Source of the DNA: a virus
Lineage: Duplodnaviria; Caudoviricetes
DNA: 64,000 bases
Direction: 5' to 3' (one strand)
IMG/VR virus record: IMGVR_UViG_3300024283_000001
Location: 1,554 to 65,553 of that record
Made by a program: the position numbers and the translations under genes. Below, piece after piece: positions 35,508 to 42,266 of the stretch (the stretch's first letter is position 1; the number at the start of each line of letters is the position of its first letter). Under the pieces are notes generated by a model that was not told the DNA's origin, did not search any database, and saw nothing but the letters and a program-made list of their open reading frames with translations.

Positions 35508-35798
35508 ATGAAAAAGGCCAAAAAGCCTACGAATATCGAGGGGGTCAGTGTGCAAATAGTTGTGCAAAGAGAAAAAGACGTTCTTGACGCCATGAAGCGG
35601 GGTCCGCGCCCAAAGTTCCCCCGCCAGGGTGGGCAGGCCGTGGGCCAACGGAAGCCCTGTAAGCGCCAGGTATATACCGGGAAGCTGGAGGCCGAGAACA
35701 CAGCCCGGATGCTTGCCGACAAGCACATAGCGGCCGCCGAAGTCGAGCGGTGCCCGATCTGTGGAATGCTGCATTTGATTGAGCTCCGGGCAACATAG
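35508..35798 (+). CDS. Hypothetical basic protein with C-terminal Zn-ribbon, 96 aa
   Basis: GGAG SD; C.R..Y...A......CPICG..HL. Confidence 0.55.
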   Translation: MKKAKKPTNIEGVSVQIVVQREKDVLDAMKRGPRPKFPRQGGQAVGQRKPCKRQVYTGKLEAENTARMLADKHIAAAEVERCPICGMLHLIELRAT

Positions 35799-35801
35799 CC
35801 G

Positions 35802-35829
35802 TTGACTCCAGAGAGCAGCGGCGCATAAT
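35802..35829 (+). promoter_or_regulatory. Possible sigma70 promoter
   Basis: TTGACT-N16-CATAAT. Confidence 0.4.
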
Positions 35830-35882
35830 CGGTGCGCTGTATTCCCCCGCAGTTCAAATCAACAAATCGAAAGGAACGTTGA

Positions 35883-36548
35883 ATGGCCAAAAAGCCCGAA
35901 AGAAGTCACCTGCCTGATAAAAAGAATGCTCCCAAAAAGACCGGTCGCCGCGGTCCGGTGCCGCTCGATCCAGTAGCTGATTTCGAGACGCCCACCCGTA
36001 CACCTGAAAGCCAACTCGAGGAACTCGATAAGCCGGCCGCGAAGAAAGGGTCCCTCCTGGCCGAGCAACCTCCGAAGCCGAAAGTCGTCGGCGATCGCAT
36101 GGAGGTCTTCTACCTGAAACCGATCTTCGGCAAAACTCCGAAGGGCGATATTACCGTGGCGATGGCGATCACCGTGCCACTCGAGGACGGGCATCTCGGC
36201 CTGGTTCCCAAGATCATCGCCGATGGGTACAAGGACGTCACAAAGAAGGGCCGCAAGAGCATGAACTTCCGTGAACTGCCAGGACAGCGCGCCGAGTTCT
36301 TTCTCTCGCACGATAGCAAGGAAGCGGCTCTCGAACTGCCGGCAGCCAAGATGATCAACGCCGGTCTCGCGATCGTGGAACGGAAAGGCGAGGGGTCTGC
36401 GCGCCAAGTAATCCGACTCTCGTTTCGGCTGCAGGTGAAGCTGGCCCGGGATGTTACGAACTTCGCGGAACACAATCTGCAGAATTCTTTCTGGCTCAAA
36501 CTCGAAGAGACGCAAGAAGACCTTTTCGACGAGGAAGACGAGGACTAG
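35883..36548 (+). CDS. Hypothetical protein, 221 aa
   Basis: AAGGA SD; acidic C-terminus. Confidence 0.7.
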   Translation: MAKKPERSHLPDKKNAPKKTGRRGPVPLDPVADFETPTRTPESQLEELDKPAAKKGSLLAEQPPKPKVVGDRMEVFYLKPIFGKTPKGDITVAMAITVPLEDGHLGLVPKIIADGYKDVTKKGRKSMNFRELPGQRAEFFLSHDSKEAALELPAAKMINAGLAIVERKGEGSARQVIRLSFRLQVKLARDVTNFAEHNLQNSFWLKLEETQEDLFDEEDED

Positions 36549-36549
36549 C

Positions 36550-36816
36550 ATGGGCGCACTTCCGCAAACCCGCGACGGTTTGGAATCCATCGGCTATCGG
36601 TACGACGGTGAATCCCACTGTCGCGGCTGCGGAGTGTTGATGCTGTGGTTCGCTACACCCAACATTGACCCGAAGACCGGGCGCAACAAGAAGATGCCGA
36701 TGACGGTGATCCCGGGCACGGAGGACCAGGACCCACAACTCCTTGAGTGCCATTTTGGAAAATGTCCGAACGCTGCCCAGTTTAGAAAGCCGAAGGAGAA
36801 GAAGAAAAATGCGTGA
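36550..36816 (+). CDS. Zn-ribbon phage protein, 88 aa
   Basis: CRGCG...W..T...KKMP...HF..CP.A..FR. Confidence 0.7.
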   Translation: MGALPQTRDGLESIGYRYDGESHCRGCGVLMLWFATPNIDPKTGRNKKMPMTVIPGTEDQDPQLLECHFGKCPNAAQFRKPKEKKKNA

Positions 36817-37063
36817 GATTGATCCAGAAAAAATGCGCCAGATGGAACACGCCGCAAGGGGGATTGCCGAGGTCCTCGAACGTGCTCTGAAGTCGTACCA
36901 GGGGAAAAGTGGAGAACGGTGGGCATTCGGTCTGTTTATTTTCTCATTCGAAGGCCCGGAGTTCACTTGGATCAGCAACGCCGATCGCGCAGACATGGTC
37001 AAGACGATGCAAGAATTCATCGCTCGGAATCCACCTGATCAAACCTCTGAACAGAGAAACTAA
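36809..37063 (+). CDS. Hypothetical protein, paralog of 23610..23894
   Basis: Shared motifs including terminal DQTSEQRN. Confidence 0.75.
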   Translation: MREIDPEKMRQMEHAARGIAEVLERALKSYQGKSGERWAFGLFIFSFEGPEFTWISNADRADMVKTMQEFIARNPPDQTSEQRN

Positions 37064-37332
37064 TGGATATCGACGCCAGTAAGATCCTTCGCTGGTCTCA
37101 CGGCTCATGCGGTGAGCCAGGATGCGCGGACCCGGAGTGCTGCTGTGCCGTCTGTGCGCTCCCCATCGGCACTTCCGACGAAGTACTCGAACAGAACGGC
37201 CATGACCCCGAATGCTTCGGCTGCGAAATGTGCAAAGACCAGGTTCCTCTTATTTTGTTCCGCGGCGAAGGCAAGGACATGGTTCAGGCGTCTTTCCACA
37301 ACGCATGTTTCGAGAGCATCCTCCTGAAATGA
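37063..37332 (+). CDS. Cys-rich hypothetical protein, 89 aa
   Basis: TAATG overlap; multiple CxxC. Confidence 0.6.
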   Translation: MDIDASKILRWSHGSCGEPGCADPECCCAVCALPIGTSDEVLEQNGHDPECFGCEMCKDQVPLILFRGEGKDMVQASFHNACFESILLK

Positions 37333-37643
37333 AAGACAAGCCCGTAAACATCGACGATTTCAAGCCGCTCGCGAAACTGGTCGCCGGCTACGAACTAGAT
37401 CCCTCCAAAGTCTACCTGATCGTTTGCGATGGTAAGGATTTCAGCCGCGGCCTCGCCGAGCGGCTCATGCAGGATATCCGACAGATGCACCCGACCGTAA
37501 ACATCGCCATCGTGGCAACGCTGAAACCGAAAAGCATCGAAGTACGGGAGAAAAAAGATGGTCCAGCAGAACCTGTTCCAGGAAACCCCGAAGCCGGGCC
37601 GGGCTCGCCGGCAGGATCCTCCGACAGCGAAAGCAGCCGCTAA
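37329..37643 (+). CDS. Hypothetical protein, 104 aa
   Basis: ATGA overlap. Confidence 0.55.
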   Translation: MKDKPVNIDDFKPLAKLVAGYELDPSKVYLIVCDGKDFSRGLAERLMQDIRQMHPTVNIAIVATLKPKSIEVREKKDGPAEPVPGNPEAGPGSPAGSSDSESSR

Positions 37644-37876
37644 ATCGGTGAACGCAACCGAGCTCGAGGCTGTGGTCCTCGATATCCTGCGCGAGCCGGC
37701 GACCACACACGAAATCGCTGACCGCACAGGTATCGCCCTAGTATCGGTATCGCCCAGGATGGCCCCCCCTTGTAAAGAAGGGCCTAGTAGAAGACTCGGG
37801 CCTTCGGCGGGAAGGCCCCAGTGGTCGAAAGTCTATCGTTTGGCGCCTTGTGGGCCGCCCTATTGCGTCAACGTAG
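37558..37876 (+). pseudogene. Winged-helix DNA-binding protein gene frameshifted at a C7 tract (37763-37769)
   Basis: Frame 0 gives ARRQDPPTAKAAA...T.HEIA..TG...SVSPRMAP; the +1 frame continues LVKKGLVEDSGLRREGPSGRKSIVW to TAG at 37876. Confidence 0.7.
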
Positions 37877-38030
37877 CAATGGAACCAAGCGTTCGACGCT
37901 CAGAAGGAACGCGAGCAGGCCAGCGAAGAAAGCGATTCTTCCGATTTCCACCAACTTGCCATTCGCGCTCAGTGCATACATCAGAACGCCCACGAGGCAA
38001 ACCAGCAAACTTAAGTAGATGACCATAGGA

Positions 38031-38080
38031 CCCTCCGAGTGCAGTGTCTTACAAACACCCGGAGGGCGCTATATTTTTTT
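38031..38080 (+). terminator. Intrinsic terminator at the convergence of early and late arms
   Basis: CCCTCCG/CGGAGGG stem followed by T7. Confidence 0.6.
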
Positions 38081-38087
38081 GTACAGG

Positions 38088-38396
38088 TCAGGGCTTCGGT
38101 GGCGTTGGAAGCGGAGCAGCTCCTTGACGCTCCAGTTCCGCGTTGATCGCCTGCAGGTCCGCAATGCTCGATGCGTCGATGGCCACGAGCGTAGCCTGGT
38201 CTTCGGTGAGCAGCAATTGATAGCTGATCGTTTCGACCCCAGTGGTTGCATCTTTGATCTTCGAAACCAGCGCTTTCCCGACAGGAATCAGAGCCGTTCC
38301 CAACTGCAACGCCAGGTTCACGTATCCATTCGCCTCGGCCAGTGCCCCGAGAATATTTGCCGCCGTCTGCTTCGGTGTTACCGGATTCGTTCCCAT
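38088..38396 (-). CDS. Amphipathic hypothetical protein in lysis cassette
   Basis: AAGGAAAG SD before ATG 38396. Confidence 0.6.
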   Translation of the reverse strand: MGTNPVTPKQTAANILGALAEANGYVNLALQLGTALIPVGKALVSKIKDATTGVETISYQLLLTEDQATLVAIDASSIADLQAINAELERQGAAPLPTPPKP

Positions 38397-38426
38397 CTCT
38401 TTCCTTCCTTTCAAATGTAAATATAT

Positions 38427-38957
38427 TTACAGCGCCAGGATGAGTGCGACGAGCGAAGTGATGTTGGCGATCAGATCCCCGATCTGCTGTTGCGAGTTCG
38501 GATTCTTGATGCCCGTCACGCCGGATTGGTTGAGCGTCTGGATCTGCGCGACGATTTGGTTCATGTACGCCTGTACCTGGCTTTTCGTCGTTTGGCTGAA
38601 ATTGCTAGGCGACTGTTTGAGGACCGCACTGGCGGCAAGCTGGAGCTCGTCGATCTTGCCCACGACCGTAAGCGCAGTGACATACGCAGGCCCATCCTTC
38701 AAAAGGCCGGCCGTGTGTAGTTCGATGACCGTGGTGCGTGCCGCGGAAGTGATCGAAGCGATTTTGTTCAAGTCTTGCACGGCCGTGTCCCAGTCCTGCG
38801 CCTGCTTCTGCGTAACGCCTGGCGGGAGATCTGTGACGTTCTTCACCCGGGCTGCGCATCCGGCAATACAGAAAACGACCGCTCCAAAAACGATGAGCCG
38901 GAACAGACCGATGTAGGCTCGACCGATGATTTTGAATCCCCTCCCGATTGTTCGCAT
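38427..38957 (-). CDS. Predicted lipoprotein (spanin-like or accessory lysis protein), 176 aa
   Basis: Hydrophobic signal ending in lipobox IAG-C. Confidence 0.6.
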   Translation of the reverse strand: MRTIGRGFKIIGRAYIGLFRLIVFGAVVFCIAGCAARVKNVTDLPPGVTQKQAQDWDTAVQDLNKIASITSAARTTVIELHTAGLLKDGPAYVTALTVVGKIDELQLAASAVLKQSPSNFSQTTKSQVQAYMNQIVAQIQTLNQSGVTGIKNPNSQQQIGDLIANITSLVALILAL

Positions 38958-38965
38958 GTTCGCTC

Positions 38966-39169
38966 CTATTCCATTTTCCTGACGTTGGCCGCCTGGGGTC
39001 CTTTCGGACCCTGCACGACCTCAAACTCCACCTTGTCACCTTCGGCGAGGCTTTTGTATCCGTTCCCGGTAATCCCGGTGTAGTGAACGAACACATCTGG
39101 CGCCCGATCGCGGCCGATGAATCCGAAGCCCTTCGATGCGTTAAACCACTTCACAGTTCCCTCTTCCAT
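38966..39169 (-). CDS. cspA: Cold-shock domain protein, 67 aa
   Basis: [15 protein letters not shown] (RNP1), DVFVHY (RNP2), [10 protein letters not shown]. Confidence 0.93.
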   Translation of the reverse strand: MEEGTVKWFNASKGFGFIGRDRAPDVFVHYTGITGNGYKSLAEGDKVEFEVVQGPKGPQAANVRKME

Positions 39170-39657
39170 TATGCGTTCTCCTGTTGCCCGGTCTGCGGAA
39201 TAAACGTGGCGACTTCCCACGAAGTGTATGGCGACGCGTTATGGGTGGCGCCTTCGAGGGCCTGGCGAACGCCGACCTTATCGAGGTTGTACGAAATGTG
39301 AATGATGCTCACGCCGATGGAATTGTGCTCGAGGATAAGCTGGTGGAAGGGGATAGACGTACTTTCACGGATCCGGTCAAACGCCCCACGAATGGTCAAT
39401 CCAGGAACAGGGCCAAAAGAAAAATCAGCAGCGCACCACCGAGGCGACCAGATGTGCTCACTGTTGTTAACGCCGTGCGCCGCAGCATTCGCCTCCGGTG
39501 GCCGATAGCCACTTGTGATCCTGATAGGTGCACCAACGATAGTCCGAACCGGCTCAAGGACCTGCTCACAGAACTCTTTGGCAATAGGCAGAAGTTCATC
39601 GGGGATCGGTGCGTCGATCTCAAATTCCCGGGTGTCGAAATGAACTGAAAGTTGCAC
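39169..39657 (-). CDS. Endolysin, peptidase M15A family, 162 aa
   Basis: ITSGYR..N...G...SEH...AADF...LEH...IHIS. Confidence 0.85.
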   Translation of the reverse strand: MQLSVHFDTREFEIDAPIPDELLPIAKEFCEQVLEPVRTIVGAPIRITSGYRPPEANAAAHGVNNSEHIWSPRWCAADFSFGPVPGLTIRGAFDRIRESTSIPFHQLILEHNSIGVSIIHISYNLDKVGVRQALEGATHNASPYTSWEVATFIPQTGQQENA

Positions 39658-39662
39658 GGCGG

Positions 39663-39971
39663 CTAGTATTGTCCCTCTCTCGGCTTTCTTTTAGCCTCGT
39701 TGTCGCGGCGTCTCTCTTTTACCAGATATTCCAAGAGTCCGGTAGCGGTATCGAGTCTCTTTAAAAGAGCGTCTCTCGCATCTGAGTCGATCATGTGCTC
39801 CTTGCGCCATGTTTCAAGATTTGCAATTCGCCATTCGAGGTCTTTTTTGGCCGCGGCCTGCGCGCTTCGCGCTGCGTCTTGTGCCCTCCAAAAATTGACG
39901 AGTGCCAGTCCGAAGAGGAAAAAAGTAAGCACGTTTCCGAGCGTGATCGTGCCGTCCCAGTGGATCCCCAT
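39663..39971 (-). CDS. Holin/antiholin-like single-TM protein, 102 aa
   Basis: N-terminal TM (ITLGNVLTFFLFGL) plus charged coiled coil next to endolysin. Confidence 0.5.
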   Translation of the reverse strand: MGIHWDGTITLGNVLTFFLFGLALVNFWRAQDAARSAQAAAKKDLEWRIANLETWRKEHMIDSDARDALLKRLDTATGLLEYLVKERRRDNEAKRKPREGQY

Positions 39972-39988
39972 TAAGTGGCCCCTTGTTT

Positions 39989-40384
39989 TTACGGATGTGC
40001 ATCAGTTCTGGAAGTCGGTGCCGGCGTCGGGTTTGGCGCTGGTACAGGTGCAGGTGTTACTGGACTCTTCCCACTTCCATCTTCGTTGGTGTTACGTGCA
40101 CCAATCGCACCAAGGAAGGCGCCGTTCACCGCAGAAAGAATTCCCACGATGGTGGTCTGGAGTTGGGCATCAAATAGTTTCCAGAAATGGATGAGCAGCA
40201 GGAGGACTAAACCGTCCGACACCCACAGCAGTAGGAGTTGGCCACCCTTGCTTTCAAAGCTATCGAGAAAAGCTTGCCATCCCGTGATGCCTGGTAATTT
40301 ATTGAACGCGATGACGTAGAACGCGAAAAGCACACCGAAAATAAGAAGTGTATTTTGCATGAACCATTCCCAGAGAGTCATCAT
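39989..40384 (-). CDS. Holin-like multi-TM protein, 131 aa
   Basis: Three hydrophobic segments; lysis cassette position. Confidence 0.5.
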   Translation of the reverse strand: MMTLWEWFMQNTLLIFGVLFAFYVIAFNKLPGITGWQAFLDSFESKGGQLLLLWVSDGLVLLLLIHFWKLFDAQLQTTIVGILSAVNGAFLGAIGARNTNEDGSGKSPVTPAPVPAPNPTPAPTSRTDAHP

Positions 40385-40704
40385 TGCCGTTCTCCGCTTG
40401 CATTCGCGTATATGCCGTAAAGATCGATGCGCGATCCGACCTTGTGCTTCGCCAGTAAGCTGGATACATGAAACTTCACGGTTCTCTCAGAGAGATTCAG
40501 ATCAGCCCCAATTTCCTTGTTGGCCTTATTCTGCATCAGGCACTTCAAGACCTGCTCTTCACGTTTTGTTAGAGAAGTTAAGTTCACCCTACGTTCATTT
40601 GGGTCTGGAGAGATTTCTTCAAAGACAGCCCGGAATGGAACGTGAACCAAGAGCTCGTTCCGCCCCAAGGTCAGATAGATCCCCTTTGACTTTTTGATCT
40701 TCAT
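40381..40704 (-). CDS. LuxR/GerE-type HTH protein, 107 aa
   Basis: LTKREEQVL...G/N.ANKEIG..L.LSERTVKFHVSSLL.K. Confidence 0.85.
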   Translation of the reverse strand: MKIKKSKGIYLTLGRNELLVHVPFRAVFEEISPDPNERRVNLTSLTKREEQVLKCLMQNKANKEIGADLNLSERTVKFHVSSLLAKHKVGSRIDLYGIYANASGERQ

Positions 40705-41612
40705 TAGGGAATGACCGCCGTACTCTGATTTGAAAACGCACTCTCCGCACCGCTCGAGTCCACGGCTGTGGCTACATAGAAGTAAGTGGTTCCACTTTGC
40801 ACATTTCCGTCCGTGTAGTTCACGGAGCTGATGAGCGAAGTGTTGATTTTGGCGTAGCCACTACCGCTCGTCGTACTGCGGTAGACGTTGTATCCGACCA
40901 CCACGCTCGTAGACGCCGTCCAGGCAACCAGCACGTTGTGCGCTGGTCCGATTGCGTTGCAGGTGAAAGTCAAAGGTCCAAGTGTTACGGACCCTGTGGA
41001 TCCGCAAGTTAGCGTGATGCCGACAGGACCGACAGTCGTGGTGACTGACGTGGGAAATTGTGGACCAGAGACGAACACTATGTCCGCGTAATAATTTGAT
41101 TGCTGAAAACTCGAAGAGGGAAAAGTGCTCGTCGCTCCATAGGCATAGACGCCATTCAGAAGTGTCGTCGTGCTGGCTGGAGCATGAAGCGGTGGAGTGT
41201 CCCAGCTCACCGTGAAATATGGACGCGTGTAACTGAAATTTCCGGTTGGAGAGAAATACGAAGCCACGTAGATCGTGTTGGCTGAAATCGCAATAGGAGT
41301 TGAAAGCGTAACCTGCTGCCAGCCCGTAGCCGTCTCGCTTGTGAAGGTGGCGCTCGCCAGCAGTGTTCCCGTGCTGCTCCAGAGGTGGCCAGTGTGCGTC
41401 CCGGTATTGTGGGCTCCTTTGTAAAAGCGCAGCGCGGTGATTTTTCCAGCGACGTCCGATTTGAACTGCACGCCCAATTCGGCAGGCCGAGTGTCTATGT
41501 TATCTGGAACCGCTGGAACTGTTGTGGATGGCCACAAGCTGACTTGAGCCATTGAAAAGGGAGCGAGACACAGGGCGAGTGTGAACAACAAGGCTGGGTA
41601 GATTTTCTTCAC
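40704..41612 (-). CDS. Secreted DUF4082 plus fibronectin type III protein
   Basis: AAGGAG SD, Sec signal MKKIYPALLFTLALCLAPFSMA, ELGVQFKSDVAG.IT.LRFYK...W, FN3-like VVGYNVYRS...YFYVATAVD. Confidence 0.8.
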   Translation of the reverse strand: MKKIYPALLFTLALCLAPFSMAQVSLWPSTTVPAVPDNIDTRPAELGVQFKSDVAGKITALRFYKGAHNTGTHTGHLWSSTGTLLASATFTSETATGWQQVTLSTPIAISANTIYVASYFSPTGNFSYTRPYFTVSWDTPPLHAPASTTTLLNGVYAYGATSTFPSSSFQQSNYYADIVFVSGPQFPTSVTTTVGPVGITLTCGSTGSVTLGPLTFTCNAIGPAHNVLVAWTASTSVVVGYNVYRSTTSGSGYAKINTSLISSVNYTDGNVQSGTTYFYVATAVDSSGAESAFSNQSTAVIP

Positions 41613-41631
41613 GACTTTCTCCTTCGACTTT

Positions 41632-42261
41632 CTAAAACTTAAAGCGGAAACCAAAGTCTAACTCAGAACTACCGCTACTCGGAACAATTGTTCCAGCGGA
41701 AAAATGTGACACCGTCGCGTTGGTCACCACATCCGCTGTGCCCACGAACATCCCCGGAGGCCCGGAATCAGAATTGTGAGAAGAGAGCCCACCAATCGAT
41801 TCGATGGTCACGCCGTTATATTTCATCGTGACCACACCGTTGATGAACTCGACCCTCAAGATCGCATCGACAACGAATGTCACGTTGAACGTAGGACCGA
41901 TCTGCAATTCTGACGTATTGTCAAACAGACTGATACCGATGGTTCCATTGCCATTTGATACGGCTTCTGCGAAAAAACCTCCCAGAACAGACGGCTCGGA
42001 GGTAAGTATGAAAATATCGACGAAGTTCGCCGTGTTTCCACCCAATTGATGGAGAGCAGCTTCGCACCATTGGTTTCCGACCAACGGAAAAGAATCTGCA
42101 CTCCAAAACGCTGCACAAGGCGTGTTGTTAACCGAAGCCTCTGCAAGGTGGCTGGCGACAGCCATCGCACTTGTTCCCGGCAGGGTTGTCCATTGAGCCG
42201 GATTGAGTGGGCCATCCGCTTGCGGGAAGTTTGTGTTTACGATGGTGATATAGTTTGTCAT
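41632..42261 (-). CDS. Lectin-like beta-sandwich protein, 209 aa
   Basis: NF..AD.P...WTT...W.A.SFP..NQW module shared with the 890-aa neighbour. Confidence 0.6.
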   Translation of the reverse strand: MTNYITIVNTNFPQADGPLNPAQWTTLPGTSAMAVASHLAEASVNNTPCAAFWSADSFPLVGNQWCEAALHQLGGNTANFVDIFILTSEPSVLGGFFAEAVSNGNGTIGISLFDNTSELQIGPTFNVTFVVDAILRVEFINGVVTMKYNGVTIESIGGLSSHNSDSGPPGMFVGTADVVTNATVSHFSAGTIVPSSGSSELDFGFRFKF

Positions 42262-42266
42262 TTTCT

